From Candidatus Sulfomarinibacteraceae bacterium (lineage in GTDB: Bacteria > Acidobacteriota > Thermoanaerobaculia > Thermoanaerobaculales > Sulfomarinibacteraceae): a DNA stretch of 64,000 nucleotides. Both the position numbers and the translations under genes were made by a program. Location: contig CAWCLO010000004.1 in NCBI GenBank assembly GCA_963796455.1, positions 288,001 through 352,000 on the forward strand. Direction: 5' to 3'. Below are positions 20,980-30,487 of the stretch, one piece after another (within the stretch, counting starts at the first letter, position 1; the number at the start of each line of letters is the position of its first letter). A model generated the notes under the pieces. That model did no database searches and was not told the DNA's origin. It saw only the letters and a program-made list of their open reading frames with translations.

Positions 20980-21777
20980 CTAGTTTTTATCCGCATCGCT
21001 GCCACCAAGGTGGACGATCATCAGGATCTGGTCTTTGTGCGACTTCCATTCCACGATTTCAGTGAATTTTGCCATCTGTTCATCGCTGAAACTCTTTGCG
21101 AATTCTTTGTCGATCGTATCCTTGGCTGAAAGATCGGCAATCGACGTCCAGGCGAGATGGGAGAATCCGAAATCGCCGTGAAGCGCATGGCTGAATACGC
21201 CGAAACCCTGCACGGTCCCGTTCGCCATCAGCTTTTCCATGATCGGCACGACGCTCTCTTCATACAATTTGACGAACTCGGCCCCTTTGCCGGGTTTGAC
21301 GGTCCAATAACCCACATCGAAGTAACGCGGTTGCTTCTTCGGTTCGGGATCGACCCGGTGGATATCGTGGAGAACGACCCAATCGTGGTGGGAACCAGCC
21401 TCAGTTGACTCGGCGTAGTTTTTTTGGCCTTCCATCATTTGCTCGGGGGTGCGTTTGGCGAAGAGTCCCTCGAAGCCGGCTTGGATCTTCCCGATTCCGC
21501 TCCAATCGGCAAAATTTGTCCACAAAAGGTAGTTCCATTGGTCGTCGAGATTGTGGTTGATCGGAATCGCGATTCCCCATGAGCTGATGGCTCCGGAAGC
21601 GAGGAGTTCGTCATACATCGGGCCGTCTTCTTTGATCGAGGCGGCAATCAGGTTGCGGCTCTTGCCTGATTTCGTGTTTTCGAGGGCGACCCACCCCATC
21701 GAACCGTCTTGGGCCGATGCGCATGGAACGAGGCTCAGAGCCAGGAACAGAACGAGTGAGATACCGATTTTCTTCAT
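20980..21777 (-). CDS. Secreted protein with two tandem dimeric-alpha/beta-barrel (NIPSNAP-like) repeats
   Basis: Signal peptide; duplicated 'P.(Y/M)..L.A.G.(I/V)..(W/F)G' units. Confidence 0.65.
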   Translation of the reverse strand: MKKIGISLVLFLALSLVPCASAQDGSMGWVALENTKSGKSRNLIAASIKEDGPMYDELLASGAISSWGIAIPINHNLDDQWNYLLWTNFADWSGIGKIQAGFEGLFAKRTPEQMMEGQKNYAESTEAGSHHDWVVLHDIHRVDPEPKKQPRYFDVGYWTVKPGKGAEFVKLYEESVVPIMEKLMANGTVQGFGVFSHALHGDFGFSHLAWTSIADLSAKDTIDKEFAKSFSDEQMAKFTEIVEWKSHKDQILMIVHLGGSDADKN

Positions 21778-22149
21778 GAATACTCCTCCAGAGTTTCTGC
21801 AAGGGCGAAACGGCCCTCGGGTTCGTGCTCCGGTTCCGTCGCCGTGGCGGCCGGTGCGTTCAAATTTTCAGGTTTGAGACTCAGTATCGAAACAATAGCA
21901 TTCCGCAAATCCGGATGCAAGAATTTTCCTGAGTCCATATGCCGAGATTTCGGATGTGCTGAATCTCTTGCCGGGACACACGACCCAGGAGCGGCGGCAC
22001 CGGTTGGCATGACTCCCGTTGCGCGCTCCGGGCGGTTTGACAAGCTATCCGCTCGAGTCCATATTCGGAGTCAGCCCAGATCTCGGACAACCCGCCGCTC
22101 GATGCCCTGTGTGTGCTTCCGACGATTCATGGGATGAATGGAGGGAAAC

Positions 22150-22767
22150 ATGGCGCAGCTCGAATTTCCACAATTCCTCAGGCGATACGGCATCAGGATG
22201 CTCGTGACGAGCACCCCCGACATCATTCCCGGGGCCATCATCGAGAGGCGAAGGAAGGGCTACTTCAAGTTCGGCCACCTCCGCGAGGTGATCGGTGGAA
22301 CCTCTGCAAGTTGGAGGACCACCCTCGAACCGGCCAATTTCATCTATGGTTCGGTGGAACGAAGCCTGAGCCTCGCCAACCGGGCCAGCCTCAACGAATT
22401 CGGGGTGATCATCGGCGGCGGGCTGAGTCGGGCGAAAAAGGTCACCTTTGATATCCAAAACGTGCAGGCCCGAATCTTTGTCAAACGCAGCAAATTGAGC
22501 CTGTTACCCGAGCTTTTTGCCGTACGGCAAAAGGACCGGAGGATGTGGAAGAGAACCCTCAATGACAAGTGGGTCGCCGACTACACCTATTATGCGACCG
22601 AGGTCCGATTCAGCTTCGACACTGAGGTCGGGGTGGATCTCCAAGCCGATCTCAGCGATCGGATCGTGGTTTCGGCCGACAGCGCCATCGAGTGGAAATC
22701 CAAGGGAAGTTTCGTGGTGACCAACACCATCGATGTGCCTTTCGGATTCTCCGGCTGGAAACTCTGA
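22150..22767 (+). CDS. Bacterial gasdermin-like protein, pore-forming domain only (putative)
   Basis: Motif order resembles bacterial gasdermins as recalled: FLRRYGI..V...PDIIPGAIIE, GHLREVI, AKKVTFDIQNV, WVADYTYYATEVRFSF, ending VPFGFSGWKL. GGAGG RBS; alternative start 22138. Confidence 0.6.
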   Translation: MAQLEFPQFLRRYGIRMLVTSTPDIIPGAIIERRRKGYFKFGHLREVIGGTSASWRTTLEPANFIYGSVERSLSLANRASLNEFGVIIGGGLSRAKKVTFDIQNVQARIFVKRSKLSLLPELFAVRQKDRRMWKRTLNDKWVADYTYYATEVRFSFDTEVGVDLQADLSDRIVVSADSAIEWKSKGSFVVTNTIDVPFGFSGWKL

Positions 22768-22774
22768 CCAGAAA

Positions 22775-24124
22775 CTACTTCCAGAATGGAATGACGTGCC
22801 GGGTGGGTTCAGGGTCTCCAGCATTCCCCCGCGCCATTTCGCGCGACGGAGTGAGCACCACCAGGCGGTGGCCACCGGGTTGCAGAGGCTCGGTCGGGAG
22901 GTAGGCGACGAGGCACGCCAGACCCGATTCCTTCTCGCGGGAAAAAACGAACCCGGGGTCAATCTTGGCCCCGTCGAGTTCCACGACAATCAAGGATGCA
23001 AGACACTGGAGAGTGGCACTGACCGCATCTGCTTCTGGGGGTTCGGGCCGGCCGATGGCCAGACCCGGTGGGTGTAAGGGCTGCAGGTCGGGGCAGCGCT
23101 CCTTGATGAGGGGGTTGATGCGCCGGGGAGAGTATGGGATTGACAACTTGAGAAAAGATTCTTTGACGATGTCGCTCTGGATTGACGGCATCGAGGGCTC
23201 GATGGCTCCGGGGGCGCGGAGCCTTCGGTAGTGGTTGGGATCGACGCCTTCTTCACGAAGGCTCGTCGGAAAATGAACCAGATTGTCGAAGCGGATCACG
23301 CCCTCCCGGGTCAGGCTGCTCACGACGAATCCGGAGCCGAGCGCCAACATCACTCCTGTCATCGCCGCGGTGACCCGGGTGTTCGAGGTGTTGCTCTGGA
23401 GGGTGAGTTGAATATTCCCGATCCACCGCATGGGAGAGGTCACCCAGGCGATTCTGATGAGTCCGGCAATGAATTTTGCCGCTCGGCCATCAGGAAAACG
23501 AGGTCCGAGCAAACGATCCAATGGTCCTGAGATCACCTGAATACCCAGAACCAGACCGAGGGTGGCCCAGAAGATCTCGACTGCATAGCGCCCGGCGAAA
23601 ACGGTCGCTGACAACAAAAAACTCGCGATGGCTGCGATCAAAAGCAACCCGACGGAGTAAAGAAAGACCACGACGAGCAAGAAACCAAAACCGAAAATCA
23701 AACTGCAGAGATCGTCGGTGCGCTCGATGGCCCTGGCCAGTGGCGGCAGCTTGCGTTGGGCGAGATCCTTGAAAAAGGGCCCCGCCTTGAGGTCTTTCCA
23801 CTTGACTCCGCCCGGAAAAACGCTCTCGAGACCGACCAGACCGATCCAGAACGCCCTCATCGCCAGGTGGAGCAAGAAAGTGCCGATCAGCGAATAGAGG
23901 ACGAGGTTGAAGTAGCCCTGCCCATAAACCATCACCAGCCTGTGATGGCCTTCGAGTCCGGCATCTACACGATCGAAAAACCGCGACACGACCGGGATCA
24001 GTCGGAAAAGACCGAAGACGACCGCTCCGGATATCAGGAGCTCGGCTTCATAGGTCCTCGTGTGAAGCCCGCTAAAACGGCTCTCCGCCGCTTCCGGCCC
24101 TGTGGTCTCGTCGGAATTCTTCAT
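22775..24124 (-). CDS. Multi-pass membrane hypothetical protein
   Basis: ELLISG, HL.MRAFWIGLVGLESVFP and DDLCSLIF; 5-6 TM helices plus a soluble C-terminal domain. Confidence 0.8.
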   Translation of the reverse strand: MKNSDETTGPEAAESRFSGLHTRTYEAELLISGAVVFGLFRLIPVVSRFFDRVDAGLEGHHRLVMVYGQGYFNLVLYSLIGTFLLHLAMRAFWIGLVGLESVFPGGVKWKDLKAGPFFKDLAQRKLPPLARAIERTDDLCSLIFGFGFLLVVVFLYSVGLLLIAAIASFLLSATVFAGRYAVEIFWATLGLVLGIQVISGPLDRLLGPRFPDGRAAKFIAGLIRIAWVTSPMRWIGNIQLTLQSNTSNTRVTAAMTGVMLALGSGFVVSSLTREGVIRFDNLVHFPTSLREEGVDPNHYRRLRAPGAIEPSMPSIQSDIVKESFLKLSIPYSPRRINPLIKERCPDLQPLHPPGLAIGRPEPPEADAVSATLQCLASLIVVELDGAKIDPGFVFSREKESGLACLVAYLPTEPLQPGGHRLVVLTPSREMARGNAGDPEPTRHVIPFWK

Positions 24125-24236
24125 GGTGCTCGATCGAAAGATATCACGCTCCGGGTCCCGTGATTTGGCTCACTGTTCGCCAGCGTTTGATTCGCGATAC
24201 ACTCGGGGGGAGATCTTCCCGAAGGGAACCAGCACA

Positions 24237-24488
24237 TTGAGTTCGGACGACCCGAAACCCGGCGGCCGACAGACCCTTGACGACATCATGGGTCGGGTGG
24301 GGGAGACCGAATTCTCGGTCCGTCACCGGCGGGTTCCGGCAATCCCGGAGACCGGCGCCCACGTCAGCCCGGAGGTTCTCGCCTCGGTGCCGCCGAAATC
24401 GCGATATGTCCGGCGTTGGCGGCGCCACGCCCGGCAGTGCCTTCCGTGCGCCAACGTCTTCCGCTATTTCGGGCTGTCGCTCGACTGA
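24237..24488 (+). CDS. Small HxxxCxxC (ZAS/zf-HC2-like) zinc-finger protein
   Basis: TTG start after GAAGGGA; HVSPEVLAS...RRHARQCLPC. Confidence 0.5.
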   Translation: MSSDDPKPGGRQTLDDIMGRVGETEFSVRHRRVPAIPETGAHVSPEVLASVPPKSRYVRRWRRHARQCLPCANVFRYFGLSLD

Positions 24489-26002
24489 GCTGGTGAGAGC
24501 CGCAGCTCACCGTGCTCGGCCAGGATATTCGCCGCGTTGTTGTTCTCCGAATTGAGTTCGAGTGATCGTCGATAGTTGGCCAGACCTTTTTCCCGGAGGC
24601 CCTTCATGAGCTGAGCTTCGCCGAGGCTGTCAAAGACGTTCCAGGCTTCGGGGTAGAGTTCGGCGTTGAGTTCGAAAAGAACAAGGGCCTCGTCGAGCCG
24701 GTCGCGTCCGAGCAGCCAGTAGCCGAGGTCGTTGACTACTGCTTCAGCAACAATATGATCGTTTCCATCGGCTTCGAGTTGGCGAATATATCCGACGCCG
24801 TCCGCGGCACCTCCTGAGTACACCGCTTGAGAGAAACGAAATTCCGGGCTGTCGTGCTGGGGGTAGTTGAGGAGGGAACTGTAGAGAATCGGATGACCGG
24901 GTCCCATCGATGTATCGATCAGATCGTCCAGGATGCTGAGGCCGTTATATGCGTTGGCGAAATAGACGATCGCGTTGCCTTGGGCCGGATCTGCCAGGAA
25001 AAAGGCCTTGCTGTTCCCGTTGTCCCCCCAATGAAAGGCGTTGACTCCCGTTGCCGACTCCTCGAGACCGACCCCAAGACCCCAAAACACCGACCTTCCT
25101 TCGGGAACCTCGATCTGGGGTCGGAGAAAATCAGCAGAGCTTGCCTTGGAAAGTCCGGCTCCAGTCATTAAAGCGACGACAAAGCGGGCATAGTCGTCGG
25201 CGGTGGTGAGTAGGCTTCCGGCGGCGTGAGACTTTGCGTTTTCGATTCTCCGATCGAGGTTTTCGGGTCGTGGCGCGAGTTCTCCCGCGGAGTCGTGCGG
25301 CCAGGCGTAATCCTCGAGAATTGCCGTCGATGGGCTGAAGGTCGAGCGGTTCATCAAGAGTGGCTCGAAGGTGAGCTCTCGCACGAGATCCTCGAGCGAG
25401 GACCCGGTCAGTTCTTCGACCACCATTTGCAGCAGTCCAAAGCCCTCGCCGGAATAGGAGAAGCGTTCGCCGGGATCGAACTGGATCCGCAGATCCTGGT
25501 CCCGCCGCCAGTTTGGAAAACCGGTGGTGTGGTTGAGGACGTGGCGGGCGGTTATGGTTGCGGCCCGCGGGTCATCAAATGTTGTGCCGAGGTGCTTCTC
25601 CCTGGCCGTTGCCTCGCCAACATAATCGAGGAGGGGAGTGTCGAGATCGAGCAGTCCGTGTTCCACCAGCTGCAGCACCGTGTAGGCGAAAACCGGTTTG
25701 CTGAGACTGGCAGCCTGGAAGACCGTGGTGTTTTCGACAATCGATCCGCGGTCTGCATCCTTCGTCCCAAAGGCACTGCACCACGCAATTTCATAGTTGT
25801 GGATCCAACAGACGCTGGTGCCCGGGATCTTTCCGTCGATCATCAAATCAGGAAGATCACTCTCCAGCTTGGCCGGTATCTGAATGAAATCCTGTTCTGG
25901 TTGCGATGCAACCTCGGACTGTGGCGTGCCGGGAGAGCAGGCGAAGGTCAGTGGGACGAGAAGAGCCAACCGCAATAGAATCATCTGGAGTTGTTGCCGC
26001 AT
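24464..26002 (-). CDS. Serine hydrolase (beta-lactamase class C family) with a C-terminal TPR; lipoprotein
   Basis: AASLSK (SxxK), FSYSG and HWGDN; FAC lipobox; TPR 'DSLGEA'. Confidence 0.9.
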   Translation of the reverse strand: MRQQLQMILLRLALLVPLTFACSPGTPQSEVASQPEQDFIQIPAKLESDLPDLMIDGKIPGTSVCWIHNYEIAWCSAFGTKDADRGSIVENTTVFQAASLSKPVFAYTVLQLVEHGLLDLDTPLLDYVGEATAREKHLGTTFDDPRAATITARHVLNHTTGFPNWRRDQDLRIQFDPGERFSYSGEGFGLLQMVVEELTGSSLEDLVRELTFEPLLMNRSTFSPSTAILEDYAWPHDSAGELAPRPENLDRRIENAKSHAAGSLLTTADDYARFVVALMTGAGLSKASSADFLRPQIEVPEGRSVFWGLGVGLEESATGVNAFHWGDNGNSKAFFLADPAQGNAIVYFANAYNGLSILDDLIDTSMGPGHPILYSSLLNYPQHDSPEFRFSQAVYSGGAADGVGYIRQLEADGNDHIVAEAVVNDLGYWLLGRDRLDEALVLFELNAELYPEAWNVFDSLGEAQLMKGLREKGLANYRRSLELNSENNNAANILAEHGELRLSPAQSSDSPK

Positions 26003-26090
26003 CGATCCTCCATGAGTATTTGTCCAGAGGAGATGTACGGCCTCCCGGGCTCTGAGTTTATTGGTCAACCGGGATGCATTGACCGGGTTC

Positions 26091-26343
26091 AGTGTCCAGG
26101 GACAGGGACGGGGACAGGGAACAGCGACGGGGAACAGCGACCAGGTGACTGTCGTGGCGTGGCGCTTGCTCAAGCCAAAGACATGATTCCGGATCTCCAT
26201 ACCAGTCAGGCTGGACGCCGTCGCTGCCGCTGATCGCTGTGCCTGCCGCTGAACGCCGCCCCTGAACACTGCCCGCTGCCGCTGTCCGCCGTTCCCCGTC
26301 GCTGTCCTGATTGCCGTCTGAGACGCTGTGTTGGACAAGAGTG
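26091..26343 (+). mobile_element. Internally deleted four-helix-bundle element (copy E)
   Basis: Left CAGGGACAG/CAGCGAC arm; gene 3' remnant DQVTVVAWRLLKPKT* at 26139-26186; right CTGCCGCTG arm; terminus CTGAGACGCTGTGTTGGACAAGAGTG. Confidence 0.75.
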
Positions 26344-26440
26344 GACCGGGTTTTTGCAACGGAAAACCTTCGTTCCAGCAATGACCCTCTCCAAACCGGC
26401 GCCTATAATGCCCTGGAGCGCGGGCATCAGCATGTGACTC

Positions 26441-27073
26441 TTGTGGCGAGAGACCGGTCGAAGACCCGGGGAGGAAGATCTGGATTCTGATCAGGTTATC
26501 AGCGACGAAGAATTGGTTGAATTGGCGCGAAGCGCCGGTGACGGCGATCTACGTCCCTTCGATCGATTGGTGACCCGCCACCGTGGCCGGGTCCTGGCCA
26601 ACTGCCGCTATCTCACTCGAGCCGCCGAGGACAGTGAAGATCTCGCCCAGGAGGTTTTTCTCAAGGCATTTTTCGCGCTCGAGCGATTCGAAGGTCGATC
26701 GACCTTCAAAACCTGGTTGCAACGGATCAAGATCAACCACTGTTTGAATTATCTCGACAAACAAAAAAAGCGGCGGGTCGTCGATGTCGAGGATCCGGTC
26801 GTCTCCGCCCGCGACGAGCTTCGGGTGGAGCCACGCGCCGAGAAACGGGTCGAGGCCATATCTGATCGTGAACGGATCGCCTTCGTTCTCGATTCGTTGG
26901 CGGAGACCTTGCGGGTGCCACTGGTGCTTCGTGATGCCGACGGTGATTCTTATCAGGAGATCGCCGATCGGCTCGGAATCGGACTGTCGGCCGTCAAAAT
27001 GCGGATCAAACGGGCACGCGAAGAATTTCGTTCGCGGTGGCTGCAGGCATTTGGAGAGGAGAGTGCGCCGTGA
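26441..27073 (+). CDS. ECF RNA polymerase sigma-70 factor
   Basis: SDEELV, EDLAQEVFLKAF, FKTWL.RI and SYQEIADRLGIGLSAVKMRIKRAR. Start uncertain. Confidence 0.92.
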   Translation: MWRETGRRPGEEDLDSDQVISDEELVELARSAGDGDLRPFDRLVTRHRGRVLANCRYLTRAAEDSEDLAQEVFLKAFFALERFEGRSTFKTWLQRIKINHCLNYLDKQKKRRVVDVEDPVVSARDELRVEPRAEKRVEAISDRERIAFVLDSLAETLRVPLVLRDADGDSYQEIADRLGIGLSAVKMRIKRAREEFRSRWLQAFGEESAP

Positions 27074-27086
27074 GAGAGGGCTCCAG

Positions 27087-27371
27087 ATGACCGAACAACC
27101 CACCAATGGGCGAGAACCCGATGACATCGACACCGGGGAGCCGATCGGGTTGTTGCGTGACCTCGAAGAACCGGCCAGCCGGTCCTTTATGGGCTCCCTG
27201 AATCGGCAAATCCAGCGCAGGCTTCTGGCGACCGATGTGACCAGACTGACCTGGAACGGTCCGATCGTAGTAGTGATCGAGTTTCTGAACATGATTTTTG
27301 GTCTGCTGGGTTCGCAGGATCCGGATGACCGGCATGAAAACGCGGGAGGGACCAACAATGGAAACGACTGA
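27087..27371 (+). CDS. Small anti-sigma-like protein
   Basis: Directly follows the ECF sigma; one hydrophobic segment. Confidence 0.6.
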   Translation: MTEQPTNGREPDDIDTGEPIGLLRDLEEPASRSFMGSLNRQIQRRLLATDVTRLTWNGPIVVVIEFLNMIFGLLGSQDPDDRHENAGGTNNGND

Positions 27372-28188
27372 GCTCATCAAGACGCAGCTGATCGAGACCT
27401 ATCACAATCTGGTCGGCGACCTGATCGGCGCAGCCCCGATGGTGATCTCGGGCATCATCCTGGTTTTGTTCGCCTGGCTGGTTGCCAAGGCGGTCGAGAA
27501 GCTGGTCCGCATGCTGTTGGTGCGAACCAAGTTCGACAGCCTTCTCGGCAAGGTCGGAGTCGACACCGCTGTGCAACAGCTCGGCCTTCGCAAGTCGTTG
27601 AGCGAGGTGGTGCCGCGGGTGGTCTATTTCCTCCTGCTCTTTTTGTTTGCCCGCAGTCTTGCCGACACCCTCGGGTTGGTTGCGGTGTCGGATGCCATCG
27701 GCGCTTTTCTCTCCTATGTTCCAAATATCGTCGCCGCGCTGCTGATCCTTCTGGTCGGTTCCGCCCTCGGGCGTTTTGCGGGCAGCGCCGTCACCCGATC
27801 CGCCGAAGCCAGTGGGCTCGATTTTGGGGCTTCCCTGGGCCGAGCGCTGTCGGGCGCCGTGCTCTTCATTGCGGTGATCATGGCGATCGCGCAACTTCGA
27901 ATCGATACCGAAATCGTGCGTCTGGTGATCGCATGCAGCCTTGCCGGGGCGGCCCTCGCCTTTGGGCTCTCCTTTGGTCTCGGCAGCCGCAATCTGGTCA
28001 GCAACATCCTTGCCGGTCTGTATGTCAAGCGGCTCTTCGAGCCGGGCACCGAGGTTGAGGTGCTGGGTCAACGGGGAACGGTTACAGCGGTGTCGACGAC
28101 GTCAACGGTGCTCGAGAACGAGGGTCTGGAGATCGTGCTCGCGAATCAGCTGCTGTTGTCGGAGACCGCGACGATCAAAAGAACCTGA
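27358..28188 (+). CDS. MscS-related membrane protein (CmpX/TM-helix repeat type)
   Basis: YVPNIVAALLIL and FGLGSRNLVSNILAG; truncated MscS beta domain. Confidence 0.85.
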   Translation: METTELIKTQLIETYHNLVGDLIGAAPMVISGIILVLFAWLVAKAVEKLVRMLLVRTKFDSLLGKVGVDTAVQQLGLRKSLSEVVPRVVYFLLLFLFARSLADTLGLVAVSDAIGAFLSYVPNIVAALLILLVGSALGRFAGSAVTRSAEASGLDFGASLGRALSGAVLFIAVIMAIAQLRIDTEIVRLVIACSLAGAALAFGLSFGLGSRNLVSNILAGLYVKRLFEPGTEVEVLGQRGTVTAVSTTSTVLENEGLEIVLANQLLLSETATIKRT

Positions 28189-28207
28189 ATGCAGTAGAAC
28201 TTTTTGT

Positions 28208-28987
28208 TCAGTCCTGAATCCGGCTGTTGGTCGAGCCGCCGCTGCGGCCTGAAGACTGATCTGCATCGTTTTCGTTGAAGCTGTCGGGCCGGCTTCCCTG
28301 GCGTCGGTCCGCCAACCAACCGTGGGTTGTGGATTCGGTTTCGGTGGATTCGGAGCCGTTCCAGCCCACCATCTGTTCACCACCGGCGCCACCGCCTCCG
28401 GATGCACCGCCGGCAGGCGAGCCGGAACCCGATCCCGAACCGGATCCTGAGGAGTCGTCTCCATCCTGGGTGTCGCCGCTGAAGCTTCGGTAACCGGGGT
28501 CGTTCTGCGGACCGGTCACGACGACCGGTGGACCCTGATCTTCGATGTAGATGTACTCGGCCTGGTCGCCATATTCGTCCAGGGCGAGGACAACGAACTC
28601 GACGCGGCGGCGGCCCTCGCCGCCACCGGTCGCGCCCGCGCCCTCGTGGCTGAACGAGTTGCTGCCGTGATTGATTTCATCTTTGGCGAGCAGTACGTAC
28701 TGGCTGGGCTTGTCGCCCTTGTAGTATTTCGACCAGAAAGTCTTGGCATCCGGAAATGCGTTTCCGTCGTCACTGGCCATCCACATGGCGGCCTGGATGC
28801 CACGCAGCCCATCGGTACTCCTGGAGACCCGCGCTTTGTCCAAGGCGCCGGTGAGACCACCGATGGCGATGGTGGCGAGGATGCCGACGATTTGGGCAGC
28901 CACCAGCACCTCGGTAACAGTGAATCCGGCAGACGCGGAGCGCCGGATGCTGTCTTTGGCGGTGATGGGGCGGGTTGACATCTTCAT
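28208..28987 (-). CDS. Type IV pilin/pseudopilin-like protein with a Gly/Ser-rich tail
   Basis: Prepilin cleavage motif AG|FTVTEVL followed by a hydrophobic helix. Confidence 0.75.
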   Translation of the reverse strand: MKMSTRPITAKDSIRRSASAGFTVTEVLVAAQIVGILATIAIGGLTGALDKARVSRSTDGLRGIQAAMWMASDDGNAFPDAKTFWSKYYKGDKPSQYVLLAKDEINHGSNSFSHEGAGATGGGEGRRRVEFVVLALDEYGDQAEYIYIEDQGPPVVVTGPQNDPGYRSFSGDTQDGDDSSGSGSGSGSGSPAGGASGGGGAGGEQMVGWNGSESTETESTTHGWLADRRQGSRPDSFNENDADQSSGRSGGSTNSRIQD

Positions 28988-29117
28988 ATCCTCATCTCAA
29001 TTAGAGATCCGAAACCGAATTTAGACAGTGACTTCCCTCACCAACCCCGTGTGACGAAGATCACCTCTCTCGGATGGCCGCTCCTGGTGATAGGCTGCAT
29101 TTAATGAGGGCCATGCT

Positions 29118-29861
29118 GTGAAAATACTCGATGTGAACGCGGAGAATGTCGAGAAACTCGGTTTCTTCTGTTATATGAGCAAACGGAAATCCGAGGGCTA
29201 CCGGCGCAAGCGGATGTGGCTCGAAGACCGATTTCGGGAGGGGATGAGGATCAAGCTCCTCGAGCTGCCGGACCGCGGTTTTATCGAGTACATCCCCGGT
29301 GAGTATGCCTGGCGCACCGTTGATGCAACCGGCTACCTTGTGATCCACTGTCTCTGGGTGGTGGGACGAAGCAAGGGCAGGGGTTTTGCCACGCGGCTCC
29401 TCGATGCCTGTATCGAGGACGCGAAACAGAGCGGGCACAGGGGCGTGGCGATGGTGACCAGCGAAAAAAACTGGTTGGCCGGGAGACGCCTCTTCGAATC
29501 CAGGGGTTTTGTGGCGGTCGACGAGGCGGCTCCGGCGTTTAGTCTGATGGTGAAGAACTTTGGCGATGGCGGGCTGCCTTCGTTTATCGACAACCGGGAA
29601 AAGCTCCGCAAGGACTTCGCTCAGGGGCTGACGGTATTCAGAAGCGACCAGTGCCCATACATCGAAGACGCGGTCGAGAATTCGCTGCGGGTGGCAGCCA
29701 AAGCAGGGGTCAAGTGCAAGGTCGTCGAACTCGAAAACGCCGCCGATGTGCGTCGGTTGTCACCTACACCATTCGGAACATTTGCTCTGGTGCTCGATGG
29801 CGAGTTGGTGAGCTATCACTATCTTTTGGAAAAAGACCTCTTGCCGATTCTGAATGGGTGA
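29118..29861 (+). CDS. GNAT acetyltransferase with a YoaP-like C-terminus
   Basis: GFIEYIPGEYAWR, IHCLWV, KGRGFA, QCPY and PTPFG. Confidence 0.88.
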   Translation: MKILDVNAENVEKLGFFCYMSKRKSEGYRRKRMWLEDRFREGMRIKLLELPDRGFIEYIPGEYAWRTVDATGYLVIHCLWVVGRSKGRGFATRLLDACIEDAKQSGHRGVAMVTSEKNWLAGRRLFESRGFVAVDEAAPAFSLMVKNFGDGGLPSFIDNREKLRKDFAQGLTVFRSDQCPYIEDAVENSLRVAAKAGVKCKVVELENAADVRRLSPTPFGTFALVLDGELVSYHYLLEKDLLPILNG

Positions 29862-29998
29862 GAGAGGCCGGTCGACCGCATCTCACCAAGACGCACTGTC
29901 CCCTCGGGGGTAATTCCGGAAGACCGTGTTGAGCGCCGGGTGATGATTCAACGACTCGCCCTGATCTGTCCAGATAAGGGTGGCCGCAAGAAGAAATC

Positions 29999-30032
29999 AG
30001 CCGGTTGCGACACAGGTTCGCAACCGGCTTTT
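29999..30032. terminator. Intrinsic terminator between convergent genes
   Basis: AGCCGGTTGCGA/TCGCAACCGGCT stem followed by a short T run. Confidence 0.7.
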
Positions 30033-30046
30033 CTCGTTCGATCGAG

Positions 30047-30487
30047 TCAGGCCGAAAATAGTTTTTCCAGGCGGTTGAGGCAGCTCGCCCACCCCTCGTC
30101 GTGTTTGCCGGCGATTTCGGCGTCGGGAAAAAGTTCGTGGATCATGACGACCTCAGTCACCCCGCCGCGGTCGTGAAATTCGACCGTCACCACGGTGTCG
30201 TAGTGATCGTTGCCCTCTTCTTCCCATTTCCAGGTGTAGCTCAGTCGATTCGGAGGATCGATCTCGCGATAGGTGCCGACTGCGTTGAATTCGCCGTCTT
30301 CCGCTCCGATCATTTTCAGCCGGTAGGCGCCGCCGACCCTGAGATCGACCTCGGCCTGCAACTCCATGCCTTCGGGCGCTGACCATTTGGCGAGTTGTTC
30401 CGGTTTGGTCCATGCGTCAAAAACCTTTTCGACATCGGCCTTGATCAGGCGGGTGATTCTGAGCTTCGTATCTGTGGCTGTGGTCAT
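30047..30487 (-). CDS. SRPBCC/AHSA1-like protein
   Basis: VFDAWT.PE.L.KW, DLRVGG.Y, RLSYTW.W and H.EGW..CL..L. Confidence 0.9.
   Translation of the reverse strand: MTTATDTKLRITRLIKADVEKVFDAWTKPEQLAKWSAPEGMELQAEVDLRVGGAYRLKMIGAEDGEFNAVGTYREIDPPNRLSYTWKWEEEGNDHYDTVVTVEFHDRGGVTEVVMIHELFPDAEIAGKHDEGWASCLNRLEKLFSA

Noticed and set aside
21925..22090. Short direct repeat GAGTCCATAT..GAT(T/C)TCGGA upstream of the gasdermin-like gene
   Set aside because: Only two imperfect copies, too weak to call an operator.
24464..26002. Serine hydrolase as the activating protease of the gasdermin-like protein
   Set aside because: It is an exported beta-lactamase-family lipoprotein, not adjacent, and the gasdermin-like ORF has no tail to cleave.
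26003..26359. N-terminal extension of the serine hydrolase in the ORF track
   Set aside because: It translates the repeat element. The real start is 26002, with an RBS and lipoprotein signal.
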